Shown piece after piece: positions 29,201 through 38,415 of a DNA stretch of 64,000 nt. Source of the stretch: Akkermansia sp. (GTDB lineage: Bacteria; Verrucomicrobiota; Verrucomicrobiia; Verrucomicrobiales; Akkermansiaceae). The translations under genes and the position numbers were made by a program. Position 1 is the first letter of the stretch. Every line of letters starts with the position of its first letter. The notes under the pieces were generated by a model. That model did no database searches. It was not told the DNA's origin and saw only the letters and a list, made by a program, of their open reading frames with translations. The stretch spans positions 21,938 through 85,937 of the forward strand of contig JAZOTC010000025.1 of assembly GCA_045657445.1 (NCBI GenBank), written 5' to 3'.

Positions 29201-29614
29201 GAAGATTCCGACGTGACCGATATTCTGGGCAATGGTGACCTGCTTTCGGCTCTGCGCGAGCAGCTGCAGCTCATTCACGAGCGCCAGCGCGCCGCCGGTC
29301 TGGAACCCGCTCCGCTGCCCACGCTCGCTGAGGAGGAGGAAGCCCCGCTTCCCCTGCCTGCCGATGCAGAAATGTATGAGGACACGCTCAGCGGCGCCAT
29401 GACCGAGGCTATCCCCTTCAGCGAAAAGAAGGTGACGCTGCCCAAGAAAAAGGTGAGCTTCAAGCTGAAACCCTCCGCCAACAAGGAGGCCTACGTGGTG
29501 AAGAATACCGGTGATATGCCGCTGGCCAATGAGGGCGACGGCCTTACCGTGGGGTCGGTGGATTCCGGCTACGTGCCTGAGTTCTTTGTGGATAAGGACG
29601 GCGATAAAGCCTGA
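26225..29614 (+). CDS. secA: Protein translocase subunit SecA
   Basis: MATGEGKTL, VTVNDYLA, DEVDSILIDEARTPLIISG, TNMAGRGTDI, QLRGR. Confidence 0.97.
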   Translation: MIKWILNKIVGSKNQREVRKLKPVVRRILDLEKSWEEKDRDFLVGKTREWQAHLHRFTPMDLPTRGVVLASSPEQLAQYAEQLNTRFESLAPEFPKLPKVEATAESIEAAKKALAEIEPKFAKLRAKYLETILPEAFAVVKCGARLLCGQTVDVCGTPIKWDMVHFDVQLIGGIALHRGFIAEMATGEGKTLVATLPVYLNALTGMGVHVVTVNDYLARRDSMWMGALFSFLGLTIGCIQSMMPSDLRRQQYAKDITYGTNSEFGFDYLRDNGMASSKEAQVQRGHYFAIIDEVDSILIDEARTPLIISGPAVIEHEQQYDTLKPLIEKVVRKQVELCNGLMEKAVEYAKAGDPERAGRCLFKVKLGQPRNRAYMRSQQDPEYRRMVEKYELFLYQDPRKIELFKLKEELYYTIDEKTHDADLMEMGREIISPGHPENFVLPDIGTEFVNIDEDEKLSEREKEARKTALMKRLDETGVRLHTTSQLLKAYTIYEKDVEYVVKDNKIVIIDQNTGREMPGRRWSEGLHQAVEAKEGVEVEAENMTYATITIQNYFRLYSRLAGMTGTAETEAAEFHDIYKLDVLPIPTNRPCIREDQNDLIFRSRREKYNAVVGKIVELHKKGQPVLVGTASVEASETLSRMLGFAKVPHEVLNAKNHQREAEIVARAGQRGAVTVSTNMAGRGTDIKLGEGVAELGGLFVLGTERYESRRIDRQLRGRCSRQGDPGASQFFLSFEDDLMRNFGGSERMTKMMDRFGMQEGEAVENVLMNRIIEGAQKRVEQRNYMWRKHVLDYDDVMNQQRMIVYAMRNDALLCEDPREMLYECLVNGTHNKCNLYLNEDDSGAFRYTDLLQWVNSTFPMGWSEKESDLKGKTPEEVAEHIIARVKEMYEKKVAGERPDRIDQMERSIMLQAIDKLWQKHLTDMDALREGVRLRAQGQRDPLVEYKREAYGIFESLMENIDFEILNGMFRSTTNLSAFEDFLASLPTSGAEEEDSDVTDILGNGDLLSALREQLQLIHERQRAAGLEPAPLPTLAEEEEAPLPLPADAEMYEDTLSGAMTEAIPFSEKKVTLPKKKVSFKLKPSANKEAYVVKNTGDMPLANEGDGLTVGSVDSGYVPEFFVDKDGDKA

Positions 29615-29662
29615 TTGTTCCGCCCGCAGGGCGCATACTCCAGCAGTTGATTCTACAGAGCT

Positions 29663-30730
29663 ATGAATGTTCGCTCAGCATTGGAGTATGTGCCTTATTT
29701 CTGCGGCCGCCTGTTTGTGGTGCATGTGGCAGCAGAGCTGTTGCAGGCCGAGGAACTGGTGGACACGCTGCTGGATGCCGATGCTTTGCACGAGGTAGGC
29801 GTGCGCCTGGTGCTGGTGGCCGAGGGGGCCGATACCGCCTGCCTGGCACAGCGTGCCAGCATGTGCGAGATGCACACCGCCGTGGCCGAATACCCGCTTA
29901 CGGGAGGCGCCGTGGCAGTTGCCCGCGTGCGCGAGATTGTGGAGCGCCGCCAGGTGGCCATTGTGGCTGCGGGTGGGGCAGGGTGTTTTTCAGAGGCTTG
30001 CGTGCAGATGGCGCAGGCTCTGGGGGCGGCCAAGTACATATGCCTGCTGAGTGGTGGCGTGCCCAGCTATGCAGGAGCACCCATTTTCTCAGCGCCGGCC
30101 AGCGAGGTGGAGCAGCGCCTTGCGGATTGCACACGGCCGGAGTTGCTGAAACAGGCTGCAGCGGTCTGCCGCTGCGGGATTCCGCGTGTGCATCTGCTGG
30201 ATGGTCTGCACCGCGGCGTGCTGCTGGATGAGCTTTTCTCGGAGGAGGGCGTGGGTACCATGGTACACGCCGACTCGTATGGCGAGATTCGCCCGCTGCG
30301 CGTGGAGGATATACCGGAGCTGCTCTCCATGATTGCCCGCAGCATAGCCGATGCCAAGCTGGTGCACCGTTCCTACGAGGATATCCGCGAAAACCTGCAG
30401 AGTTATTACGTTTACACGCTCGATGATACCATTGTGGGCTGTGTGGCCTTGTACCCGTACCCGGAGGAGGCCTGCGCCGAGCTGGGCTGCCTCTTCATCA
30501 AGAAGAATTATGAAGGCCGTGGCTATGGCAAGGCCATGTGCCGCTTTGTGGAAAACCAGGCACGCAACCTGGGGTTTGCCCGCATTTTTGCTATTTCGCA
30601 GAGCGCGGTGGATTATTTCCGCGACCGCATGCACTACGACCCGCTTCCCCGCAGTGTGCTGCCTCCGGCGCGCCTGGCTGCGTTGGAGGAGAGTGGGCGT
30701 TCCTCCGGCGTATTTGGCCGTGAGCTGTGA
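29663..30730 (+). CDS. argA: Amino-acid N-acetyltransferase (N-acetylglutamate synthase), AAK-like plus GNAT
   Basis: RVHLLDG..GVLLDELFSEEGVGTMV linker; VGCVALYPY, AELGCL, EGRGYG GNAT motifs. Confidence 0.85.
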   Translation: MNVRSALEYVPYFCGRLFVVHVAAELLQAEELVDTLLDADALHEVGVRLVLVAEGADTACLAQRASMCEMHTAVAEYPLTGGAVAVARVREIVERRQVAIVAAGGAGCFSEACVQMAQALGAAKYICLLSGGVPSYAGAPIFSAPASEVEQRLADCTRPELLKQAAAVCRCGIPRVHLLDGLHRGVLLDELFSEEGVGTMVHADSYGEIRPLRVEDIPELLSMIARSIADAKLVHRSYEDIRENLQSYYVYTLDDTIVGCVALYPYPEEACAELGCLFIKKNYEGRGYGKAMCRFVENQARNLGFARIFAISQSAVDYFRDRMHYDPLPRSVLPPARLAALEESGRSSGVFGREL

Positions 30731-30737
30731 TAGGAAA

Positions 30738-30764
30738 ACCGGTTACTGCCAGGCAGTAACCGGT
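30738..30764. terminator. Perfect inverted repeat between convergent argA and the aas-like gene
   Basis: accggttactgcc-a-ggcagtaaccggt. Confidence 0.65.
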
Positions 30765-30791
30765 GAAATGTTTTTGCGGCTGGGGCCGGTA

Positions 30792-33455
30792 TCAGGAAAG
30801 CTCGGCCAGGAAGCCGCTTTCATCCAGGTAGATATGCGAGGGCAGCGTGTATTCCGTGCGCAGGGAGGGGCCGCTGATGACGGCGTTTGTGCCTTCCTCC
30901 GGGGTGTCGACACGGTAGCCCGGCAGCAGTAGCCCGCGGGTGCGCGGACGCACGCCGAGCTGGATGGTGCCATCGCTCATCTTGAATACGCTGTGGCACA
31001 TGCTCATGGAGATGATATTGCCCATGGGGGTGCAGAGGCACGGACGCCAGCGCATGTTGGGCGTGGAGATAGCCGGGGAACCGCTGAAGTCGTAGAACGG
31101 TATCTGCCGCGGCGGAATGGTGGTGAGCAGAATGCGGCGCATGTGTGCGCCACCCACTATCTGTGAGATGGTGGTGTCCAGCGTCTCCTGCGGGTTCTCA
31201 ATCAGATGCACCGGTGTGCGCGTAATCAGCGGCCAGAGCACGGCCAGCACGAGTTCCTGCGGCTCGCCGTGGCCCACGGTGGTGAGCAGGTGGTGGCGGC
31301 CTTCCTTGAGCGCGTTGACGCGGCGCACCTGGCAGGCATTCAGCCAGTGGCGGTGGAACGCCAGACGGTCTGCCGTGCCTTCAATGAGCAACTGAAGCCA
31401 TTTGCGCGCCAGCAGGGGGAATTGCTCATCTGCCTGGCGGCTGATGAGGGCTGCCGCAATCTGAATGGCGGTGAGCGCCCCGCCGGGGAAGAAGACGAGC
31501 GGCTTGTTCCCGCGCTCCTCCATCATGCGGATGAGACCCTCGCGGCTGATGTCGTCGGAGGTTTCCAGGCAGGTGGCCGAAAGCTCGCGGAAGGAGCGCA
31601 GCACGCTGCGGCTGGTGAAGGTGCCCGGGTCGAGCGGAACGCCAAAGGCAACGGTGAAGTTGTAATTGAGGGTCTTGGGCAGCTTGGTGAAGAAGCGGTT
31701 GCGGGAGAAGGAGAAGATGCTGCCCCAGAGGCCGTCCATGTAGACCGGGATAATGGGCGCCTTGGCGCGGCGGGCTATCATCTCCATGCCGCGGCGTATG
31801 GGGGTGAGGCAGCCGCTGCGGGTCAGCTGCCCTTCCGGGAAGATGCAGATGATATCGCCGTTTTCAATGGCTCGGGCTGCCTTGATGATGGTTTCGCGCG
31901 GGTTGCGGGTCGAAATGGGCAGGGAGTTGAAGATTTCCAGTGCCCAGCCCAGCAGGCGCATGGCCATGAATTCCTCGGCCACGATGAAGCGCACCGGGCG
32001 CGGGCATACCATGGTGAGGAAGAGGGCATCCGCATAGGTGACGTGGTTCACCACCAGCAGCGCGCCACCGCGCATGGGCAGGCGATCCAGATTGATGGTG
32101 CGCGGACGGTAGACCAGCTGCAGGCACCAGATACCAATCATGCGGATGAATTCCTGGGGAATCAGGCGCAGTGAGCAGATGAGAATGAAGAAGCTCAGCA
32201 GGAAGAGTACGAAGAATTGCTGCTGCGGGGTGGCGCCGAAGATTTCGTACATGACCCACATGAGAGCCACGGCCACCAGACCCATGAGGTTATCAATGAG
32301 GTTGCCGGCGGCGATGATGTTGCCGCGGTTGTTCGGGTCGCAGTTATCCTGCAGGAAGGCATTGAGCGGCACCAGATAGGCGGCACCGAAGGCGCCGGTG
32401 AGCGCCAGCAGGGTGTTGCTGGTGTAGGTGTTTACCTCGAAAATGGTGAGCAGAAGGGTGCAGAGTGTGATGCCGATGGCGCCGAAGGGAATGAGCCCCA
32501 GTTCGTTCTTGCCCTTGCAGAGGTGCGAGGCCACGGCGCCGCCCAGCACCACGCCGCCGGTCATCCACGCCATGAGAATACCGCACTGCATCGAGAAGTC
32601 CACGCTCGGGTCTGCGGCCTGCATGCCCTTAGCTATCTGAATCAGAATCAGGAACAACGAGCCCGCCAGACACCAGAAGTAGGCGATGCCCAGCTCGCTG
32701 AGGCGCAGCAGACGGTCCTGCCACAGGTACTTAATCTGGCCGAAATGCTCGTAGAACAGGCTCCAGCTGAAGGGTTTTGCTTTCTTAGCCGGGTACCGTG
32801 GCACCAGGAACGAGGCCGCGCATACCAGGCAGGCCAGCCCCACAAAGACCCAGGTGGGCAGAATCACGGAATCCCAGCCGGCCAGCATATCGGCATTGTA
32901 ACTGGGCGAGTTCTCAGACTCGTACACCCCCAGCAGGTAGGAGAACCAGAAGAAGACGCCAATCTGCGCGACCAGCAGCACAAAAACCAGGCTCATTTCG
33001 ATGATGCCGGAGCCAAAGCCAATGTACTTGGAACCCAGCAGGTCCTTGACGATGCCTTTCTTGGCGGGGGATAGAATGGTGGCTTGCGTGGCAAATACCG
33101 CAAACCAGAGAATGGCGGCGTACATGTCGCGCTGGTAGAAGCAGAAGAGCATGCAGCTCATCACAAATATCTGCACCACGCTCATGAGCTGCACGATGCG
33201 GGTCTTGCAGAAACAGTCTGCCAACCAGCCCACCAGGGGCGAGAACAGAATGTACGGCAATACGAAGATGGCACCCAGAATGTATTCCAGCGTGCTGCCA
33301 TCTGCACCCCACAGCCATACTCCCAGCGGTATCAGCAGAAATTGTACGGCTTTCTCGTTAAATGCATTTTGTGCCTGCACGGCAACGAGGGTCCAGAATC
33401 CGGCCCATTCCTTGCGGGTCGGTTCTTTGTAAAAGTCTTCTTCGTCGACTGCCAT
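30792..33455 (-). CDS. LplT-type MFS plus PlsC acyltransferase fusion (Aas-like) with a degenerate C-terminal domain
   Basis: QNAFNE, GWLAD, SPAKKG MFS motifs; NHVTYAD (HX4D) and IFPEG acyltransferase motifs. Confidence 0.88.
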   Translation of the reverse strand: MAVDEEDFYKEPTRKEWAGFWTLVAVQAQNAFNEKAVQFLLIPLGVWLWGADGSTLEYILGAIFVLPYILFSPLVGWLADCFCKTRIVQLMSVVQIFVMSCMLFCFYQRDMYAAILWFAVFATQATILSPAKKGIVKDLLGSKYIGFGSGIIEMSLVFVLLVAQIGVFFWFSYLLGVYESENSPSYNADMLAGWDSVILPTWVFVGLACLVCAASFLVPRYPAKKAKPFSWSLFYEHFGQIKYLWQDRLLRLSELGIAYFWCLAGSLFLILIQIAKGMQAADPSVDFSMQCGILMAWMTGGVVLGGAVASHLCKGKNELGLIPFGAIGITLCTLLLTIFEVNTYTSNTLLALTGAFGAAYLVPLNAFLQDNCDPNNRGNIIAAGNLIDNLMGLVAVALMWVMYEIFGATPQQQFFVLFLLSFFILICSLRLIPQEFIRMIGIWCLQLVYRPRTINLDRLPMRGGALLVVNHVTYADALFLTMVCPRPVRFIVAEEFMAMRLLGWALEIFNSLPISTRNPRETIIKAARAIENGDIICIFPEGQLTRSGCLTPIRRGMEMIARRAKAPIIPVYMDGLWGSIFSFSRNRFFTKLPKTLNYNFTVAFGVPLDPGTFTSRSVLRSFRELSATCLETSDDISREGLIRMMEERGNKPLVFFPGGALTAIQIAAALISRQADEQFPLLARKWLQLLIEGTADRLAFHRHWLNACQVRRVNALKEGRHHLLTTVGHGEPQELVLAVLWPLITRTPVHLIENPQETLDTTISQIVGGAHMRRILLTTIPPRQIPFYDFSGSPAISTPNMRWRPCLCTPMGNIISMSMCHSVFKMSDGTIQLGVRPRTRGLLLPGYRVDTPEEGTNAVISGPSLRTEYTLPSHIYLDESGFLAELS

Positions 33456-33517
33456 ATTGCAAGTTATTTCAAGGCTATTATCTCACAAAATGCATAATTT
33501 TCAAGCATAAAGCGACG

Positions 33518-33552
33518 AAAAAAGGCAGGAAACGCGGGGCGTTTCCTGCCTG
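33518..33552 (-). terminator. Terminator after the small secreted protein gene
   Basis: aggcaggaaacgc...gcgtttcctgcct with an A-run (U-tract on the minus strand). Confidence 0.7.
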
Positions 33553-33577
33553 GGAAAAGCTTGTGCAGCTGCTGGAA

Positions 33578-33910
33578 TCAGTAGCGGATGGTGTAATCGT
33601 TGGGTTCGCGGGGAGTTTCCGGAACGCGTTCGCAGGCCGGCAGCATGGAATTGAGGTGACGGTGCTGGATGGTCTTCTTCATGCCGGCATCGTTGCGCTG
33701 GGTAATCTTCTGAGCCTCCTGCATAGCTTTTTCGCGCTGCTTTTCCGCCTTGGCGACGGCTTTGTTGTAGCGTTCAATACTGGCTTTCTGGCGGCTGGTG
33801 GCGATTTCCTTGAGAGCGTCTTCAGAGAGGTCGGAAGGCTGCACGGCAGGCGCCGCCTGTACATTCACGGCAGCCAGAACGAGGAGAGCGAGGATGGGAA
33901 GAGTTTTCAT
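33578..33910 (-). CDS. Small secreted hypothetical protein
   Basis: Signal peptide ending VQA; charged helical body; upstream TTGACT-16-TATACT. Confidence 0.7.
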   Translation of the reverse strand: MKTLPILALLVLAAVNVQAAPAVQPSDLSEDALKEIATSRQKASIERYNKAVAKAEKQREKAMQEAQKITQRNDAGMKKTIQHRHLNSMLPACERVPETPREPNDYTIRY

Positions 33911-34071
33911 GCGTTGGTCAATAACAGCTCAAGTATATGCCAGTGGTGGTGTAAGTCAAGCTCATTTTTGCAAGCCCGCTCACATTTTTTTACGCGTGTG
34001 ACACAGGGGGCTGCGTTAAAGGGACGATGAGAGGGCCGGTTCTGGCGGGTTTTACCCTATCGGGGGGGGCT

Positions 34072-36585
34072 TCAGATGCCCTCATCCAGCATGCTGAACA
34101 TGTCGAGCTGGGTGACATCCGCCGCTTCCTCTGCGCAGGGCAGACCGCTTTCGCGGGCGCGTTTGCGGCGGGCGGCCTTGGGTTCGCGGGCGCCGGCGCT
34201 CATTTCCAGGTGGGTGAGAATCTGCTTGGCGCGGTCGATGATGGGGGCTGGCAGACCGGCGAGGCGTGCCACCTGGATGCCGTAGGATTTATCTGCCGGG
34301 CCGGGCAGCACCTTGCGCAGGAAGACGATTTCGTCCTTCCACTCGCGCACTTCCACGTGCCAGTTGCTCACGGCGGGGTGGGTGTGTTCCAGGTCCACCA
34401 TTTCGTGGTAGTGGGTGGCAAAGAGGGTACGCGCGCCCAGCACATCGTGCAGGTGCTCGGCCACGGCCCAGGCGATGGAAAGGCCATCGAAGGTGGCGGT
34501 GCCGCGGCCGATTTCGTCCAGAATGACCAAGGAGCGCTCGGTGGCGTTGTTGAGAATGAGGGCGGTTTCGCTCATTTCCACCATGAAGGTGGATTGACCG
34601 CGGGCGATGTCATCGCTGGCGCCAACGCGGCAGAAGATGCGGTCTACCAGGCCGATGCGGGCGGAATCCGCCGGCACATAGGAACCAATCTGCGCCATGA
34701 GGGTGATGAGTGCCACCTGGCGTATGTAGGTACTCTTGCCGGCCATGTTCGGCCCGGTGAGAATGAGCACACGCTGGGTGGTGGCCTCGATTTCGGTATC
34801 GTTGGGTACGAAGGCCGAGTCGGTCTGCACCTGCTCAATGACCGGGTGGCGGCCGTTGACAATGTGCAAATCGCGGCTCATGTCCAGGCAGGGGCGGCAG
34901 TAGCGGTAACGCTGGGCGGTTTCGGCCAGCGAGAGCAGCACATCGATTTCTGCCAGCGCTTCAGAGGTGGTCTGAATGCGGTCAATATAGGCGGCTACCT
35001 GCTCACGCAGGTGGCAGAACAGGTCGTATTCCAGCTGGCGGGCGCGCTCATCTGCCCCCAGGATGGTGCCTTCCATTTTCTTGAGCTCCTCGGTCACGAA
35101 GCGCTCGGCGTTGGCCAGGGTCTGCTTGCGCACGTAGCGCTCAGCGGGTACTTTGGAGAAATTGGCCTTGGTGACCTCGATGTAGTAACCGAAAACGTTG
35201 TTGTAGCGGATTTTGAGCGAATCGATGCCGGTGGCGGCGCGTTCGCGGGCTTCCAGAGCAGCCAGCCAGTCCTTGCCCTCGCGCGAGGCGGCGCGCAGTT
35301 CATCGAGCCGGGCATCGTAACCATCGCGAATCATGCCGCCCTCCTTGATGGTGACGGGTGGTTCATCCACCACAGCGCTGGTGAGCAGGGCGGTGAGTTC
35401 CTCGAAATTGCCCAGCCGCGAGAGCAGGGGGGCAAATTCATCTGCATGCTGCTGCAGGGCCTCCAGATCAGCCACAATGGCGGGCAGATGCTCCAGCGAG
35501 GTGCCCAGCGCCAGCAGATCGCGCGCGTTGCCAGCCCCCTGCGACAGGCGGGAGACCAGACGCTCGGTATCGCGCACGCCTTTGAAGGAATTGCGCAGTT
35601 CCGACATCAGGAACGGTTCTTTCAGGAACCCGGCAATCACATTCTGGCGGCGCAGCAGTTCCTGCATGCAGCAGGTGGGGTGCAGTATCCAATCTCGCAG
35701 CTTGCGGGCGCCCATGGGGGTGCTGGTGCGGTCCAGCGTGCCCAGCAGGGTGTTCTTGTGGCCGCCGCGGGCCTCCACCAGATCCAGATTGCGGCGGCTG
35801 GCGGTATCAATCATCACCGCATTTTCCGTGGCGCGCAGCGAAAGGGTGCGCAGGTGGTCGGTCTGGCGGCGCAGCTGGTGCTTCAGGTAGTGCAGAATGG
35901 CCGTGGCCGCCCCGAGTGCCGGCCCCAGGTGGGCGCAGCCGAATCCCTCCAGCGAGTGAACGCGGAAGTGCGATTTAAGGAAAGTATCTGCCAGGCCGGG
36001 CAGGAAGGTGTAGCCATCGTAGAGCAGGGTGACTGGCATGCCCGGGAAATCCTCGGCCTGTTCCTGGCTGATGAGCAGCTCTCGCGGATGAATGCGGGCT
36101 ACTTCCTCGCTCAGTGCTTCCAGGCTGGGGTAATCGGCCACGGTGAACTCACCAGTGGTGTGGTCGGCGCAGGCCAGCCCCCAGGTGGCTTTATCGTGGT
36201 AGCAGGCGGCTATGTAGTTGTGCTCCCCGGCATCCAGCAGTGCCATATCGGCCAGGGTGCCGGCGGAGATGATGCGGGTGATTTCGCGCGGTACCAGCTT
36301 GCCCGGCACCGGGGTAGCCATCTGCTCGGCTATGGCAATGCGCTTGCCCAGCTTCACCGCCTGGCCAATGTAGCCCTCCGCCGCGTGGTAGGGCACGCCG
36401 CACATAGGGATGGTCTGCCGCTTGGTGAGCGTGAGCCCCAGCGCGGCGGAGCACTCCACCGCGTCCTCAAAGAACATCTCGTAAAAATCCCCCAGGCGGA
36501 AAAACAGCCACACATCTCCCGGCAGTGACTGCTTCATGCGCAGGTACTGATCCATCATCGGGCTGAGTGCGGGCTTTTCTGCCAT
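34072..36585 (-). CDS. mutS: DNA mismatch repair protein MutS
   Basis: FFRLGDFYEMF, TGPNMAGKSTY, STFMVEM, DEIGRGT, FATHYHE, SYGIQVA. Confidence 0.98.
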   Translation of the reverse strand: MAEKPALSPMMDQYLRMKQSLPGDVWLFFRLGDFYEMFFEDAVECSAALGLTLTKRQTIPMCGVPYHAAEGYIGQAVKLGKRIAIAEQMATPVPGKLVPREITRIISAGTLADMALLDAGEHNYIAACYHDKATWGLACADHTTGEFTVADYPSLEALSEEVARIHPRELLISQEQAEDFPGMPVTLLYDGYTFLPGLADTFLKSHFRVHSLEGFGCAHLGPALGAATAILHYLKHQLRRQTDHLRTLSLRATENAVMIDTASRRNLDLVEARGGHKNTLLGTLDRTSTPMGARKLRDWILHPTCCMQELLRRQNVIAGFLKEPFLMSELRNSFKGVRDTERLVSRLSQGAGNARDLLALGTSLEHLPAIVADLEALQQHADEFAPLLSRLGNFEELTALLTSAVVDEPPVTIKEGGMIRDGYDARLDELRAASREGKDWLAALEARERAATGIDSLKIRYNNVFGYYIEVTKANFSKVPAERYVRKQTLANAERFVTEELKKMEGTILGADERARQLEYDLFCHLREQVAAYIDRIQTTSEALAEIDVLLSLAETAQRYRYCRPCLDMSRDLHIVNGRHPVIEQVQTDSAFVPNDTEIEATTQRVLILTGPNMAGKSTYIRQVALITLMAQIGSYVPADSARIGLVDRIFCRVGASDDIARGQSTFMVEMSETALILNNATERSLVILDEIGRGTATFDGLSIAWAVAEHLHDVLGARTLFATHYHEMVDLEHTHPAVSNWHVEVREWKDEIVFLRKVLPGPADKSYGIQVARLAGLPAPIIDRAKQILTHLEMSAGAREPKAARRKRARESGLPCAEEAADVTQLDMFSMLDEGI

Positions 36586-36706
36586 AGCGGTTGCCCCTAT
36601 TCTAACTGACCCGCTACTCTATTTCAAGCATTTTGCTTGTCGTATTTTTGCCGGATGCGAGGCGTTCAAACCTGGTTTTGCAGGAAAATATGAATTGGTT
36701 TCTGGG

Positions 36707-37420
36707 TTAATTTGTTCCCTCATTGGCGATGTAGCCACACTTAGCTCCATTGACCTCCCAAGTGATGCCCGTTTTTCTCAATGTAGCGGGGTTGCCAGCA
36801 TAGATGCAGTTTGAATCCGGGTGCCGACCACTTATTACAGCCCCCCAGCCTACTATGCAGTCATTCCCAATCTGGGTGTTCTTCATGATGGTTACATGCG
36901 CTCCAACCCATACATGATTTCCTATAACCAGCTTTCGCACCGGATTGATGATTTTGCCGGTTTCTGTGTCCATGATTGCATGCCCATCTGTGTGATAGAT
37001 TTGTATTCCAAAGCTGAACATGCAGCGTTCACCAATCTCGATGGAAGCGTGTGAGTTATATGTCAGAATACTGGTGCTTTCAAAACCGCTTCCTGCGCCG
37101 ATAGACACATCTACATCCGTTACAGGGCCTAATGTACTCGCTGGTGCTCCAACTGAAATCTTAAGGGAACTACTGACGGATATTCCCTCTGCCAGATGTA
37201 CCCTGTTCCCATTGCCCGTTATCCGAATCTCGATGGAACCACTTCCAGGGGTCAATTTGCCGATATGGACGACATTGCCTTCTCCTCGAATGCGGATCTT
37301 AACACGATGCAAGTCTTCCTTCGCCACCCTTATCTCATTCCTGCTGGCAAGTTGCTGGTGTTTATGGGCTTCCTTGATGCGTTGGAAGAATTTTTTTACA
37401 GACTGTATTATCTTACTCAT
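36707..37420 (-). CDS. Hexapeptide-repeat acyltransferase (polysaccharide O-acetyltransferase-like)
   Basis: IGERCMFS, TDGH, IGNHVWVG, YAGNPA. Confidence 0.85.
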   Translation of the reverse strand: MSKIIQSVKKFFQRIKEAHKHQQLASRNEIRVAKEDLHRVKIRIRGEGNVVHIGKLTPGSGSIEIRITGNGNRVHLAEGISVSSSLKISVGAPASTLGPVTDVDVSIGAGSGFESTSILTYNSHASIEIGERCMFSFGIQIYHTDGHAIMDTETGKIINPVRKLVIGNHVWVGAHVTIMKNTQIGNDCIVGWGAVISGRHPDSNCIYAGNPATLRKTGITWEVNGAKCGYIANEGTN

Positions 37421-37445
37421 ATCTGGAGTTGTATTGTGTACGTTT

Positions 37446-38378
37446 TCAGTTGCGAGGGTGTTTAGAGCTAGCTATTCCCAGCCTGAGCCTCCACCATTTC
37501 CATCGGTCTCCGAGGTCAAGCCATTTGGGGAAGTCAGGCAACACCTCTTGCACTTTTTTGCGCATATGTGGCACGTGTCTGAGATACATGATGGCTTGTT
37601 TACCTATAACGCGTTGGATATATTTGTGGTAGATGCCATTACTATCCCTGTCATACCCTTGGAGCATGCGAAATTCGCTCAGCAGGACATCAAAATAGGC
37701 TTCATTTATTTTGGTGGATGAACTCCAGCTCCCTTGCGTCATGAAACGATAGGTAACCATTTTTTCTGCAATGAAATGAACCTTGCCACGCAGCGCCAGG
37801 TGGATGCACGTCGGATAATCTCGCACGTGACAATTGAGGGCGTAATCCGGGAAGTCCTGCATTAAGTCCCATCGGAAAAGCATGGATGCAGTGTATATCC
37901 AGGCACCGCGTTTTAAAATAATATCTTTCAGCGGAATCTCGCGACTGGTGTCATAACGATGCCAGTTCAATTCTCCATCTGTTCCCAGTACCCGGGCATC
38001 TGAACAGACCAGACTACATTCCGGGTGCGCTTCCAGATAATCCACTTGTTTTTGAAGTTTCAGCGGGTCTGTCCAGTAATCATCACCCTCGCATAGTGCA
38101 ACGTATTTGCCGTGGGGGTATTCATCTACAGCACGATTCACACTGTCATCTTTTCTGGAGAATAAGTTTTCCTTCTGTAATATGGGAACGATGATATCTG
38201 GGTACTTTTCGGCATATTCCTGAATAATCTTTGCCGTTCCATCTGTTGACGCGTCGTCGTGCACAAGTGCCTGAAAAGGAAATGTGGTTTTTTGTCGCAC
38301 AAATCCTTCCAGGCATTGCCTGATGTAGGGCTCGTGATTATAGGTAAAGCAACGAATGGTAACAAGTGCCTCAGACAT
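37446..38378 (-). CDS. Glycosyltransferase family 2
   Basis: TYNHEPYIRQCL, HDDASTDGT, LCEGDDYW..KLQKQ. Confidence 0.92.
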   Translation of the reverse strand: MSEALVTIRCFTYNHEPYIRQCLEGFVRQKTTFPFQALVHDDASTDGTAKIIQEYAEKYPDIIVPILQKENLFSRKDDSVNRAVDEYPHGKYVALCEGDDYWTDPLKLQKQVDYLEAHPECSLVCSDARVLGTDGELNWHRYDTSREIPLKDIILKRGAWIYTASMLFRWDLMQDFPDYALNCHVRDYPTCIHLALRGKVHFIAEKMVTYRFMTQGSWSSSTKINEAYFDVLLSEFRMLQGYDRDSNGIYHKYIQRVIGKQAIMYLRHVPHMRKKVQEVLPDFPKWLDLGDRWKWWRLRLGIASSKHPRN

Positions 38379-38415
38379 TTCAGCAGGGGATTAGTTGTTG
38401 ACACGTAGCGTGGTA

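Noticed and set aside
34027-36528. 833-aa ORF antisense to mutS (similarly 26912-29278 vs secA, 6876-8696 vs ilvB, 19347-21377, 49599-50963 vs gdhA)
   Set aside because: In-register antisense frames of well-supported genes; no independent evidence of coding
36586-36706. Possible att site duplicating the tRNA-Leu 3' end at the far side of the AT-rich cassette
   Set aside because: No match to the tRNA 3' sequence found by eye and no integrase in the window, so it is not called an integrative element
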